Positions 16,981 through 27,047 of a stretch of 64,000 bases of DNA are shown here, in pieces. Made by a program: the position numbers and the translations under genes. The notes under the pieces are model-generated. The model had not been told where the DNA came from. It worked only from the letters and a program-made list of their open reading frames with translations, and did not search any database. Source of the stretch: Thermoplasmata archaeon (GTDB lineage: Archaea > Thermoplasmatota > Thermoplasmata > Lutacidiplasmatales > UBA184); the NCBI GenBank assembly GCA_027314915.1, contig DAHUZZ010000008.1, positions 19,746 to 83,745 of the forward strand, in the 5' to 3' direction. Position 1 is the first letter of the stretch. Each line of letters opens with the position of its first letter.

Positions 16981-18513
16981 CTAGAAGAGGGTGACCTGAA
17001 CCTCGATGTAGGTCACCTGGTAGGCGACCACGTTCAGCGGGACGCTGAGAAGGACCGTCGCCCCGGGCGGGGGGGTCATGCAGCGGGACTGGATCGCGGG
17101 GGCGGCGGTGCACCGCACCGCTCCGGAGAAGAACCCCCGGGGCGTGCTGGTCAGGATCTGGTCCCAGGCCTGGGGGAACCGGGTGCTCAGGTTGAGGGTC
17201 GGCTCGCCGACGAACCCGAGGGGATTCCCGCCGATCGTGAAGTTGAACTCGGTCACGGACAGGACCTGCGTCCCGATGCCCGCGGTCTGGAACCCCTGTT
17301 CGTCGAGCGGGGGGCCCACGAAGCTCAGCACGCCGATCCTGACCATGTTGCCTGCGGTAGTCGTGTAGAAGTCGAGCGGCGGCGGGTCGATGACGACGGA
17401 GTCCCCGTCGCTCGAGCCCAGGAAGACCCCGCCGTCCTCGAGGCCGAGCAGGGCCACGGGGGAGTAGTCGTTCTGGAGCGTGACGGAGAGCCCGCCGTAG
17501 CCGAGATCCGGAAAGTACTGCGTATGGGTGCGGAAGAAGGCGCAGGAACCCAGCCCCGAGACGTTCTGCCATCGCTCCGTATTGAACCGCCCACCGCCCG
17601 GCATGTTCGTGAACGTGGGACCGGAGCTGTAGCCGACCTGGTTGTACCAGGTCAGGTTCGCCGTATCGTGCCGGCCCACGGAGCTCACCTTCCAGCCGTC
17701 GGTGGAGCTCAGGTTCTGGTACGGGCAGAACTGATTGGGCCGGTTCTCGCCGGTGAAGTTCACGTTCATGAAGTTGTAGCTGCCGATGTAGGTCAGGTTC
17801 ACGACGTTCGAGCGGCCGTAGATGTCGTAGTTCGAGATCCAGTGGCTCCCGTTCAGGAAGACGTTCACGAAGTCGTCGTTGCCGTACAGGGTGACATTGA
17901 ACCAGGTGGTCGATCCGACGTAGTAGATGTTGTAGACGTTGTGGTCGCCCGTGAGGTTGACCGCGGCGCAGAGGTTCGAACCGACGAAGGTGTAGCTGAA
18001 GCTGCGGCCGCTCGCGCTGAAGTTGTCCGAGAGCGGCGGCCGGCAGTAGTTCGCGGGGAGCCAGCTGCAACCGTTCCCGTTGTGGTTCGCGCAGATCGAG
18101 CCGTTCCCCCAGTTCGGCGGGTAGTAGGTGGAGCTCCCGACCAGGTTGTTCCAGTCCGCGCCGGTGCCGTTGGGAGCGAACTGGAGATCGCCGCGGGCCG
18201 GAGGCCCGAACGGGGGCACCGCCTGCGATCCCAGCGTCACCGGGGAGACCATCATTGCCTGGGGGTTCGGCGCCCGGGTCTGGGCGAGGACGACCGCGCT
18301 GAGCCGGTCCAGCTGGTTCTCGACGAGGAGCTGGTGCTGGAACTCGTTCTGGGCCTCCTGGTCCGGCAGCGGGCCGAGCGCGTAGGTGGCGATGAACGAC
18401 ACGACGAGGAGGAGCCCCAGGACGACCGCGACGGCGCTGACCTGCGCCCGCTCGTCCCGCCGGAGCCGGCGGCGGCGTCGCACCGTTGAGGAACGTCGAA
18501 GAAACGGCTCCAA
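16981..18513 (-). CDS. Large archaeal pilin-like surface protein (class III signal peptide)
   Basis: RRLRRDERA|QVSAVAVVLGLLLVVSFI; Asn/Thr/Tyr-rich beta body with many N-glycosylation sequons; start codon uncertain. Confidence 0.75.
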   Translation of the reverse strand: MEPFLRRSSTVRRRRRLRRDERAQVSAVAVVLGLLLVVSFIATYALGPLPDQEAQNEFQHQLLVENQLDRLSAVVLAQTRAPNPQAMMVSPVTLGSQAVPPFGPPARGDLQFAPNGTGADWNNLVGSSTYYPPNWGNGSICANHNGNGCSWLPANYCRPPLSDNFSASGRSFSYTFVGSNLCAAVNLTGDHNVYNIYYVGSTTWFNVTLYGNDDFVNVFLNGSHWISNYDIYGRSNVVNLTYIGSYNFMNVNFTGENRPNQFCPYQNLSSTDGWKVSSVGRHDTANLTWYNQVGYSSGPTFTNMPGGGRFNTERWQNVSGLGSCAFFRTHTQYFPDLGYGGLSVTLQNDYSPVALLGLEDGGVFLGSSDGDSVVIDPPPLDFYTTTAGNMVRIGVLSFVGPPLDEQGFQTAGIGTQVLSVTEFNFTIGGNPLGFVGEPTLNLSTRFPQAWDQILTSTPRGFFSGAVRCTAAPAIQSRCMTPPPGATVLLSVPLNVVAYQVTYIEVQVTLF

Positions 18514-18705
18514 GGGGGTGAAACTATGCCTTTCTTCCCGCTATGAACCTGTCGATGGAGAACCCCGGCCCCGCGGGGGGTCCGCGGGTCCCGTCCCCCG
18601 TCGCGGAGGAACCCAAACGACGCCCTAACCACTCGCTCCCGGGCTCACCGGGCCGGGGCCCCCGTAATTGGGGCGTATTAGTATCGGGTCCGGGGTGGCG
18701 GCGCC

Positions 18706-19065
18706 ATGACCGCACCGGCCCTCGCCCTCGAACGCCCGGATCCTCGGCTCGATCGACCGCTCGCGCCCGACCTCTGCGAGGCGGAGGCGGCGATCCGCTA
18801 CGGCTTCGAGGGGCTCGAACCCCCGGGTCCCGGGACGGCGCGCCCCTGCGGAACCGGGCCGCTCTCCCGGGTCGTCCTGCTGCGCTCCCGGGCGACCGGC
18901 TCCCACGCGGAGCTCAGCTGGCGCGTCTACGGGGTCTGCGGGGCGCACGCCGCCGATCTCCGACGGCGGGACGAGGCGGTCCTCCACGCGGGACACCGTT
19001 CGCAGCTGCACCCCCTGAGCGGGGCCGTCCCCTTCGCCGAGGGGCCGTCGCTCGTTCCGGCCTAG
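18706..19065 (+). CDS. Small hypothetical protein with Cys/His ligands
   Basis: LCEA...PCG...VCGAH; AT-rich element at 18676-18684; shares a CTAG stop with the MFS gene. Confidence 0.6.
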   Translation: MTAPALALERPDPRLDRPLAPDLCEAEAAIRYGFEGLEPPGPGTARPCGTGPLSRVVLLRSRATGSHAELSWRVYGVCGAHAADLRRRDEAVLHAGHRSQLHPLSGAVPFAEGPSLVPA

Positions 19066-20474
19066 GCCGGGCGCCCCGGGTCGACGGAGCCGGTCTCCCG
19101 GGCGGCCTCCGCCTCCTCCAGGATGGGTCCCCCGACCGGGTACTCGAAGAGCGCCCCCGGGGGGATCTCCGAGGGCGCGCTCGACGGCTCGTAGCGGAAC
19201 CGGCCCACGACCGGCGTGCCCAAGAGCCCGAGCCCGACGAGCGCCATCCCCGCGCCCGCGGCGAGGTAGGTCGGTCCGAGGCCGACCTCGAAGACCATCG
19301 CCCCCCCGACGTACTGGCCGACCGGGACGAAGGCGAGGCTGCCGACCTCGTCGGCCGCGAAGACCCGGCCCAGGAGCTGGTTCGGTACCGTCGCCTGCAC
19401 GCCGGCCATGAAGGCGGTCTGGAACATCCCCGGGAACATCCCGAAGAGGAACATCACCCCCAGGGCGACCAGCGGGGAATGGGTGAAGGAGAAGGCGGCG
19501 AGGCAACCGGCCATGCCGAGGGTGAGGGCCCCCAGGATCCGCCCGAGATGGCGCTCGAATCGGATCCGGTTGATGGCGATCGCCCCGAGCCCGGCCCCGA
19601 GCGTGCCCGCCGCGTAGAGGTAGCCGAGGAACCCCGCGCCCTGCCCGAGGTAGAAGACGGAGTAGGCGGCGAGCTGGACGAAGGCCAGCGCCGAGAGGAA
19701 GTTGATGGCCAGCGCGCCGACGGTCACGGCGAGCAGCTCGCGCCGGCGCCCGAGGTAGCGGTATCCCTCCTGGGCATCGATGAGGAAGCTCTGGTCGGTC
19801 GCGCGCGGGGCGGCCGGCGCCGGGGCGATCCGGAAGAGGAGGAGCTCCGCCCCCAGGAACAGGAGCAGCGGCACGGTGAGGGCGATCGCCGCGCCGGCGT
19901 GATCGACCAGGAGGCCGGTGATCACCTGGGCCGAGGCGCTGACGACCACGATGAACGCGTAGAGGAGGCCGTTCGCGACCCCGAGCTGGTGGCCCTCCAC
20001 CAGCCTCGGGAGGGCCGCGTTGAACGTCGGGCGGAAGATCGTCACGGCCGCCATCAGCGCGGCCCAGAGGGGGATCGCGAGCAGGAACCACAGCGGCAGG
20101 TAGAACCCCGCGGGCCCGGGCGCGAGGATCGACCGCGACGGGGCGAGCGCGAAGACGAGGGTGATCACCAGCGTGGCGGCGAGCGCGATCCCGCCGATGA
20201 GCCGGAGCAGCCAGCGCCGGTCGTACCGGTCCGCCAGCGTCCCCGAGACCACCGCCGCGGCGAGCGTCGGCACCGTCGCGGCCAGGCCGAGGAAGGAGAG
20301 CGCGAGGGCGGAGAAGGATTGCCCGGTGTAGGCGAGCGCCACCTCCGTCTGGAGGACGATGAGGGCGGTCGTGGGGGCGGCGAAGGAGAGCGTCCCGGCG
20401 AGGAGGAAGGTGACGAACCCGCGGTTCCGCAGCAGGGAGGAGTACTGGCTCAGGGACCGGGCACCCCGTCCCAA
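19062..20474 (-). CDS. MFS transporter (DHA3/H+ antiporter-like)
   Basis: GTLADRYDRR motif A, 12 TMs, LLGRVFA. Confidence 0.9.
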   Translation of the reverse strand: MGRGARSLSQYSSLLRNRGFVTFLLAGTLSFAAPTTALIVLQTEVALAYTGQSFSALALSFLGLAATVPTLAAAVVSGTLADRYDRRWLLRLIGGIALAATLVITLVFALAPSRSILAPGPAGFYLPLWFLLAIPLWAALMAAVTIFRPTFNAALPRLVEGHQLGVANGLLYAFIVVVSASAQVITGLLVDHAGAAIALTVPLLLFLGAELLLFRIAPAPAAPRATDQSFLIDAQEGYRYLGRRRELLAVTVGALAINFLSALAFVQLAAYSVFYLGQGAGFLGYLYAAGTLGAGLGAIAINRIRFERHLGRILGALTLGMAGCLAAFSFTHSPLVALGVMFLFGMFPGMFQTAFMAGVQATVPNQLLGRVFAADEVGSLAFVPVGQYVGGAMVFEVGLGPTYLAAGAGMALVGLGLLGTPVVGRFRYEPSSAPSEIPPGALFEYPVGGPILEEAEAARETGSVDPGRPA

Positions 20475-20565
20475 GCGGAGATGAGAGGTTTAATAGTTCC
20501 GGGCGCGGGGCCGGACCCGGGAACCGCGCGCCGGTCCCGGCGCCGTCCCGCGTCGCGGCGCGGGG

Positions 20566-21681
20566 TTGAATACTCCGACCGCGTCCTTGCACCCGGGTTC
20601 CGTGCGGCTCCTCCACCATGACCCGAAGACCGGGCTGCTCCGGATCCGTCTCGAGACCCCCAGCGATCTCTGGCGCATCGCCCGGATGATCCGCCCGGGC
20701 GACCTCGTCGGCGCCTCCACCACCCGGCGGGACCCCGAGGCGCCGGCGGAGGCGAAGTCGGCCGAGCGGGAGCGTCGGAGGGTCTGGCTCGTGGTGCGGG
20801 CCGAGCAGGTCGAGTTCCACGGCTTCGGGGAGGCCCGGGTGCGCGTCACCGGCCCCATCGCGGAGGGACCGTTCGACCAGGGCCGGCACCACACCCTCGA
20901 TCTCGTGGAGGGCGGCGAGCTCACCGTCGCCAAGCCGGAGTTGACCGGGGCCGACCGGGCGCTCCTCGAGGAGGGTACCCAGGCCCGCGGGGACCCCGCG
21001 CTCCTCGTGGCCGCGGTGGACTGGGGGGAGTCCACGATCGTCCGGCTCCGGGGGCGGATGGTCCAGCCGGTCGCCGAGCTGAGCCGTTCGCTGCCGGGCA
21101 AGCGGTACGGCGGGGCGGCGGCGGAGAAGGCCCGCGCGGCCTACCGCGACGAGGTCGCCGAGCTGCTGGTCCGCGAGGGGGCGGGGGCGACCGCGGTCGT
21201 GCTCGCGGGCCCGGGGTTCTTCAAGGAGGAGCTCACGCGCGCCCTCCTCGAGCGCGCGCCGGGGCTCAAGGCCAAACTGCGCACCACCGCGACGGCCGAG
21301 AGCGGGGGGGCGGGCGTCATGGAGCTGTTGAGGTCCGGCCGCGCGAGCGAGGTGCTCCAGGGGAGCGTGGCGGCCGAGGAGGCGGACCTCGTCGAGCGGC
21401 TCGTGACGGCGCTCGGCGGGGGGAAGCGGGCCGCCGTCGGGCCCAAGGAGGTGGAGAGCGCCCTCGGGGCCGGGGCGGTCGAGACGCTCCTCGTGGACGA
21501 AACGGAGCTCGCGAAGCCGCCCATCTCCGCCCTCCTCGACCGGGCGCGCGACGGGAAGGTACGGGTCTTCATCGTGGGTTCGGGCGGGGAGGCGAGCAAG
21601 CGGCTCCGCGCCCTGGGTGGGATCGGCGGGATCCTGAGGTTCGACTTCGTGCCGGGCGGCCGGGAGCGCCGGGCGGGCTAG
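20566..21681 (+). CDS. pelA: mRNA surveillance protein Pelota
   Basis: DLWRIARMIRPGDLV, GRHHTLD, LAGPGFFK, GAVETLLV, LGGIGGILRF; start uncertain (possibly GTG near 20602). Confidence 0.9.
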   Translation: MNTPTASLHPGSVRLLHHDPKTGLLRIRLETPSDLWRIARMIRPGDLVGASTTRRDPEAPAEAKSAERERRRVWLVVRAEQVEFHGFGEARVRVTGPIAEGPFDQGRHHTLDLVEGGELTVAKPELTGADRALLEEGTQARGDPALLVAAVDWGESTIVRLRGRMVQPVAELSRSLPGKRYGGAAAEKARAAYRDEVAELLVREGAGATAVVLAGPGFFKEELTRALLERAPGLKAKLRTTATAESGGAGVMELLRSGRASEVLQGSVAAEEADLVERLVTALGGGKRAAVGPKEVESALGAGAVETLLVDETELAKPPISALLDRARDGKVRVFIVGSGGEASKRLRALGGIGGILRFDFVPGGRERRAG

Positions 21682-22532
21682 GGGATCGCCTGGACGGCTT
21701 CCCGGAGCTCCTCGAAGCGGCCCTTGAGGTCCTTGAGCGCGTAGCGGAACGCCTCGCGCGCCGTGAGCGAGCCGTCGGTCTCCAGCCGGAGGAAGTGGTC
21801 GTCCTCGTTCAGACGGACCTGGAGCGAGCCATGCTCGCAGTACCGCTGGGTGCCCAGGAGCAGCACCGCCTTCGACGGGTCCTCCCCGCCGGTGTAGGTG
21901 AGCTTCCCGCCGGAGAACTCGAGCAGCCCGGCGGGGGCGGAGGACGCGAGCCGCTTGAGGCAGGTGTCGGAGCAGCCGGGCTTCTTCTGGATCCGGACCT
22001 CGGCGGCCGGCTGGACGCCGACCGCGTGGGCGACCTGCCACTTCGAATGGTCCCGGGCGCTCCCGACCACCGCGGTGGCGTAGGCGAGCAGCGCCTGGCG
22101 GGCGCCCAGCTGGACGATCGGGACCTCCGGCTCGAGGATCGCGAGCGACGGGTCCCCGAGCGGGGTCAGGTCGCGGGCGTACACCGTGCAGGGGCCCTTC
22201 TTGTCGATGGAGTACATCACCTGGCAGTGGGGGCACCCCTCGCCCTTGCAGGTGCACTCCGACTTCCGTCGGAACTGGCCCAGGTCGGTCGGGATGGGCA
22301 GGAGGCCGAGCCTCAGCGCGACCGCCTCGTCGAACATGCTGGTGGAGGAATCGTAGTCCTTGCCCGTCGTCTCGTCCCGGATCGGGCCCAGGTGGAACTC
22401 GACATCCTCGATGGCGAGCTTGGGGACGTCGGTGAGCAGCGCGCGCCGGATGGCGTTCGCCTGGGGGGTGGTGGTGCCCGCGAGCTCGACCTTGAGCTCC
22501 CGGGGCGTGAGGTGCAGGACCTTGAGCTCCAT
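21678..22532 (-). CDS. rpoD: RNA polymerase subunit D (Rpo3)
   Basis: ANAIRRALLTDVPKLAIEDV, MFDE...RLGLLP, CTCKGEGCPHC, HSKWQ, ETDGSL; follows rps11. Confidence 0.95.
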   Translation of the reverse strand: MELKVLHLTPRELKVELAGTTTPQANAIRRALLTDVPKLAIEDVEFHLGPIRDETTGKDYDSSTSMFDEAVALRLGLLPIPTDLGQFRRKSECTCKGEGCPHCQVMYSIDKKGPCTVYARDLTPLGDPSLAILEPEVPIVQLGARQALLAYATAVVGSARDHSKWQVAHAVGVQPAAEVRIQKKPGCSDTCLKRLASSAPAGLLEFSGGKLTYTGGEDPSKAVLLLGTQRYCEHGSLQVRLNEDDHFLRLETDGSLTAREAFRYALKDLKGRFEELREAVQAIP

Positions 22533-22547
22533 CGTCCCGTCTCCCCC

Positions 22548-22931
22548 CTAGACCCGCCGGCCCCGGCGTCCGCCCTTGGGCTTGGTGCCGTCGTGGGGCA
22601 CCGGGGTCACGTCCTCGATCCGGCTGATCTTCACGCCGGCCCGGGCGAGCGCCCGGATCGCGGCCTGCGCCCCCGGGCCGGGGGAGCGGGCGCGGTTGCC
22701 GCCCGGCGCACGGACCCGGACCTGGAGGGTGTCGTAGCCCTTCTCCTTGATCACGGCGGCGATCTGGTCGGCCGCCTTCATCGCGGCATAGGGGCTCGAC
22801 TCGTCGCGGGCCGCCTTGACGACCATCCCGCCGGTGGCCTTGGTCAGCGTCTCGGCGCCGGTCACGTCGGTGACGGTGATGTGGATGTTGTTGTAGCTCG
22901 CGTAGATGTGCGCGATCCCGATCTTCGCCAT
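22548..22931 (-). CDS. rps11: 30S ribosomal protein uS11
   Basis: [37 protein letters not shown]. Confidence 0.98.
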   Translation of the reverse strand: MAKIGIAHIYASYNNIHITVTDVTGAETLTKATGGMVVKAARDESSPYAAMKAADQIAAVIKEKGYDTLQVRVRAPGGNRARSPGPGAQAAIRALARAGVKISRIEDVTPVPHDGTKPKGGRRGRRV

Positions 22932-22933
22932 CG

Positions 22934-23527
22934 TCAGGGTCCTCCCACGGCCGGCCCGGGCGCCATGGGCGGAGGCGCCGACGACGGCGCGGACCGCTCG
23001 CGGATCGCCTGCCGGATCGGATGTTCCTCGTTGGTGAGCGGGCTGCGGGGCGCGTAGGCGATGAGCGCCTCCTCGGTACCGGGCACCAGGTAGCCCGGCC
23101 GGGTCACCTTGTGGTCCCCGATGATGAAGTGGCCATGGACGATCATCTGGCGGGCGCCCCAGGGCGTGGGCGCGAGCCCCTTGGTGACGACCACCCAGGC
23201 GAACCGCCGGGCGAGGAGGTCGTCGATGGTGAGCGCCAGCACGTCGTCGATGGCGGGGGAGCCCGTATGCAGGATCCCGAGACGGGTGAGCCGGCCGAGG
23301 AGGCCGTCCACCTCGCGCTGCGCCTGGGGCTCGCCGGCGCGGAGCCGGGCCGCGAGGTCGCGGGCCTGGCGTCGGAAGCCCCGGAGCGTGGACTGCGCCT
23401 TCCAGAGCTCGCGCTTGTTCTTGAGGCCGTACTTCTCGAGGAGCTTCCGCTCCTCGTCCATGCGCACGGCCTCCCAGGGGTGCTTCGGGGTCTCGTACAT
23501 CCGCCGCAGGAACTTCGGATCGCCCAT
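22934..23527 (-). CDS. rps4: 30S ribosomal protein uS4
   Basis: [39 protein letters not shown]. Confidence 0.98.
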   Translation of the reverse strand: MGDPKFLRRMYETPKHPWEAVRMDEERKLLEKYGLKNKRELWKAQSTLRGFRRQARDLAARLRAGEPQAQREVDGLLGRLTRLGILHTGSPAIDDVLALTIDDLLARRFAWVVVTKGLAPTPWGARQMIVHGHFIIGDHKVTRPGYLVPGTEEALIAYAPRSPLTNEEHPIRQAIRERSAPSSAPPPMAPGPAVGGP

Positions 23528-23531
23528 CGGA

Positions 23532-24254
23532 TCACGCGCCTCCGGGGGCCGCGGCGGCGGCCGCCGGCTTCTTCTTCTCGTCCTTGGCCTCGCCGGCTTC
23601 GGAGGCCTTGGCGGCGGCCGCCTCCTTGGCCTGCTTCTTGAGCACGCCCGCGGCCATACCGGTCCGGCCGTTCGAGCGGGTCCGCTGGCCGCGGACCTTC
23701 TGGCCCCGCTCGTGCCGTACGCCCTTGTAGCTGCGGACCATGCGCATGAGGTTCACGTCGTCGCGCCGGGAGGTCTCGAGCTCCGGGCCGAAGTAGTGGT
23801 GGTTCTCACCGGTGGCGTAGTCGGACGGATGGTTCACCATCCAGGTGGGCAGACGGGTCGCGAGCTGGTTCAGGGTCTGCTCGATCCCGTCGACGGTCGC
23901 CTCGGGAAGGTTCCCGATCCGCTCGGTCGCGTTCACGCCGGCCATGCGGCAGGCCACCTCGGCGATCCTCGGGCCGATGCCCCGGACCCCCGTGAGGGCG
24001 AGCCCGGTCGCGCGGGTGCCGTCGAGATCGCTGCCGGCGAGCCGGACGATGTAGCGGAAATCGGGGTTGTCGGGGACGAACTTCTTCGTCTTCGTCTCCG
24101 CCCCCGGCGCGCCGGTCTTGCCGGCCTTGGCGGGCTTGCCCTCTTTCGTCCGCGACGCCCTCTCCTTCTTCGGCGACGCCTTCTCCGCCTCGGCGGGGGC
24201 CGGGGCCGCGGCCGCCGGGGTGGCGGGCGCCTCCTCCTTGGGGTTCTTCGGCAT
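23532..24254 (-). CDS. rps13: 30S ribosomal protein uS13 with Ala/Lys-rich terminal extensions
   Basis: FRYIVRLAGSDLDG, SYKGVRHERGQKVRGQRTRSNGR; ATG at 24254. Confidence 0.95.
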   Translation of the reverse strand: MPKNPKEEAPATPAAAAPAPAEAEKASPKKERASRTKEGKPAKAGKTGAPGAETKTKKFVPDNPDFRYIVRLAGSDLDGTRATGLALTGVRGIGPRIAEVACRMAGVNATERIGNLPEATVDGIEQTLNQLATRLPTWMVNHPSDYATGENHHYFGPELETSRRDDVNLMRMVRSYKGVRHERGQKVRGQRTRSNGRTGMAAGVLKKQAKEAAAAKASEAGEAKDEKKKPAAAAAAPGGA

Positions 24255-24528
24255 CCCTGATCCTTCCCGCGCTAGGCGAACCGTCGCTTCGGGCGGGAAG
24301 CGATCCCCCGGTCGTCGGACCGGCGTGCGTTCGAGGTGGTGGGGTGCGTGGACGCGGACATGGTGAGCTCCCAATCGGCCCCGAGGGGTCGTCGAGAGTC
24401 GGCGCGAGCCGGGGGACCTTCATAAGAGCTTCGGTGGCGAAGGGCCGCGCTCGACGTGGGGGCGCCGGCGCGGACCCCCGAAAGCAGATGAGGCGAGGAC
24501 CGCTGGCCCGCGCTCCGAGGAATCCCGC

Positions 24529-25236
24529 GTGGACGTTTCGGTGGTCCTGCCGACGTACAACGAGCGGGACTGCCTCGGCCCGCTCGCGCCCCGGCTCGAC
24601 TCCGCGCTCGCCCCGTGGACGCACGAGATCATCGTCGTCGACGACGACTCGCCGGACGGCACCGGGGAGCTCGTCACGGAGCTCGGCCGCCGCGGACCCT
24701 GGGTCCTCCGGACGCGCCGGGGCGAGCGGGGGCTCGCGGGCGCCGTCCTGGCCGGCTTCGAGGTCGCCCGCGGGACCGTCGTCGTGGTCATGGACGCCGA
24801 CGGGAGCCATCCGCCCGAGACGCTGCCCGCGCTGGTGCGCGCCGTCCTCGGGGGGGCCGATCTCGCGCTCGCGAGCCGGTTCGTGCCGGGCGGGTCCGAC
24901 CGCGGGCTCCACGGGATCCGCCGGGCGGTCTCGTGGGGCGCCTCCCGGCTCGCGCGGCCGCTCACGAACGTGCGCGATCCCATGTCCGGCTACTTCGCCG
25001 TGCGCCGCGCCCTCCTCTCGGGCGTCGCCCTCACGCCGGTGGGCTACAAGATCGGGCTCGAGGTCCTCGTGAAATGCCGGCCGGCGCGGGTCACGGAGGT
25101 GCCGTTCGTCTTCGAGGGCCGGATCGCCGGGACGAGCAAGCTCGGCTCCCGGCAGGTGGCCGCCTACGTCGAGCACATCTTCCGGCTCTACCGCTGGCGG
25201 TTCGCCGGACCCGGCCGCGCCTCGAGCACCCGGTAG
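24529..25236 (+). CDS. Polyprenol-monophosphate mannose synthase-like GT2
   Basis: VVLPTYNE, VDDDSPDGT, MDADGSHPP, SRFVPGG, DPMSGYF, GYKIGLE. Confidence 0.9.
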   Translation: MDVSVVLPTYNERDCLGPLAPRLDSALAPWTHEIIVVDDDSPDGTGELVTELGRRGPWVLRTRRGERGLAGAVLAGFEVARGTVVVVMDADGSHPPETLPALVRAVLGGADLALASRFVPGGSDRGLHGIRRAVSWGASRLARPLTNVRDPMSGYFAVRRALLSGVALTPVGYKIGLEVLVKCRPARVTEVPFVFEGRIAGTSKLGSRQVAAYVEHIFRLYRWRFAGPGRASSTR

Positions 25237-25835
25237 CCGCTCCCCCGGGCCCGCACCACGACGCTCTCCGGGGCCCAGTGCTCGGCGAGCCAGCGCTGGT
25301 AGAACTGGATCCCCTGACTCCCCTTCCCCACCAGGAGGAGCCGCCCGGAGGCGGTCAGGTGCTCCGGGGCCTGCTCGAGCAGCGAGAGGATCGTCTCGCG
25401 CCCGGCGTGGTAGGGCGGATTGGTCACGATGAGATCGAAGCGCATCTCGCGCACCGGCTCGAAGAGCCGGCCCGACCGGACGGTCGCGTTCGGGATACGG
25501 TTCCGGCGGGCGTTGCCGCGGGCGAGGAGGATCGCCCGGCGGTTCACGTCGGTCAGCACCACCGCCCCGCCCGGCGCGGCGCGGGCGGCGGCGAGCCCGA
25601 GCGCCCCCCACCCGCAGCCCAGGTCCAGCACCTGGTCGTTCGGCCCGGGGTCGAGCGCGGTGATGAGGAGCGCGGTGCCGGGATCGAGCCCCTCGGAGGC
25701 GAAGACGCCCCGGTCGGTCTCGAAGACGAGCAGCTCCCCCCGGTAGAGGAACCGGAGCTCCCGGACCCGGTGCGCGGAGCGGGGGCGCTCGGCGAAGTAC
25801 TGCTCGCCGCCCGACGGCTCGGGCTCCTCCTCCAT
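25188..25835 (-). CDS. Class I SAM-dependent methyltransferase (MTS/RsmC-like)
   Basis: GVFASEGLDPGT, LDLGCGWG, TNPPYHAG. Confidence 0.9.
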   Translation of the reverse strand: MEEEPEPSGGEQYFAERPRSAHRVRELRFLYRGELLVFETDRGVFASEGLDPGTALLITALDPGPNDQVLDLGCGWGALGLAAARAAPGGAVVLTDVNRRAILLARGNARRNRIPNATVRSGRLFEPVREMRFDLIVTNPPYHAGRETILSLLEQAPEHLTASGRLLLVGKGSQGIQFYQRWLAEHWAPESVVVRARGSGYRVLEARPGPANRQR

Positions 25836-27002
25836 CTAGCTGCGCCGGCCGAAGAGGCCGCCCTTCTTGGGGACCGTTCCCGGGGAGGGCGGGGGGCCCA
25901 GCGCCTCGCGGAGCAGCTCCTTCTGGTGCGACGTGAGCGTGCGGGGCAGCTCGACGTCGACGGTGACGATGAGGTCGCCGCGGGAGGTGCCCCGGAGGCG
26001 GGGGAACCCCTCGCCGCGGAGACGGAACTGCGCGCCCGGCTGCGTCCCCGGGGGCACCTTGAGGATCGCCTCCCCCGTCAGGGTCCGGACCCGCACCTCG
26101 CCGCCCAGGAGGGCGAGCGCGAGCGGCGTCAGGGCCTCGGTGAAGGCGTCCTGGCCCTCGCGGTGGAACCCGGGCATCGGCTCCAGCTGGACCTGCACGA
26201 AGAGGTCGCCCGACAACCCGTCGTTCAGGCTCCCCTCGCCCTGCTGCGCGAGCCGGAGCAGGGTGCCGTCCTCGATCCCGGGCGGGATCGTGACCTCGAC
26301 GTGGCGGATCGTCCGCTGGGCGCCCGCGCCGCCGCACGTGGGGCAGACCTCCCGGATGCGGCGCCCCGTGCCGCGGCAGGTGAGGCACTCCATGATGGAG
26401 ATGAGCTGGGTGTAGCCGCGCGTCTGGCTCCGCCGGATCTGGCCCCGGCCGTCGCACTCCGGGCACTTCTCGAACGCCGTGCCGCCCTTCGCGCCCGTGC
26501 CCCGGCACTCCGGGCAGGGCCCGGTGCGCGGCACGTCGAGGACCCGGGTCGCTCCCGTCACGGCGGCGGAGAGCGGGAGCCGGACCGCGACCTCGACGTC
26601 CCCCCCGCGGAACGGGATCCGGGAGTCCCTCCGGGTCGAGCCCCCGAAGACGCCCCCGAGACCCCCGGGCGCCTGGAACCACTCCCGGAAGAAGGGCGAG
26701 CTGCCGAGAAGGTCCTCGAGGTCGCCCGCGTGGGTGAAGTTCTGCCACGTGAACCCCTGCGGGCCGAACTCCCCCTCGACGCCCGCGTGGCCCATCGCGT
26801 CGTACCGCTCCCGCTTCGTGCGGTCGGCGAGCACCTCGTAGGCCTCGGAGAGCTCCTTGAACCGCTCCTCCGCGGCCTTGGGGTTCGCGGTGTTGACATC
26901 GGGATGGTGCTTCCGGGCCAGCTGCCGGTAGGCCTTGCGGATCTCCTCCTCGGAGGCGGTGCGCGGAACTCCGAGCACCTGGTAGTAGTCCCGTTTCGCC
27001 AT
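25836..27002 (-). CDS. dnaJ: Chaperone DnaJ
   Basis: J-domain HPD, four CxxCxGxG repeats, C-terminal domain. Confidence 0.97.
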   Translation of the reverse strand: MAKRDYYQVLGVPRTASEEEIRKAYRQLARKHHPDVNTANPKAAEERFKELSEAYEVLADRTKRERYDAMGHAGVEGEFGPQGFTWQNFTHAGDLEDLLGSSPFFREWFQAPGGLGGVFGGSTRRDSRIPFRGGDVEVAVRLPLSAAVTGATRVLDVPRTGPCPECRGTGAKGGTAFEKCPECDGRGQIRRSQTRGYTQLISIMECLTCRGTGRRIREVCPTCGGAGAQRTIRHVEVTIPPGIEDGTLLRLAQQGEGSLNDGLSGDLFVQVQLEPMPGFHREGQDAFTEALTPLALALLGGEVRVRTLTGEAILKVPPGTQPGAQFRLRGEGFPRLRGTSRGDLIVTVDVELPRTLTSHQKELLREALGPPPSPGTVPKKGGLFGRRS

Positions 27003-27047
27003 GGGGATGTTGCGCAGGGTACGCCCTCCCGTTACCGACCGGGCATT

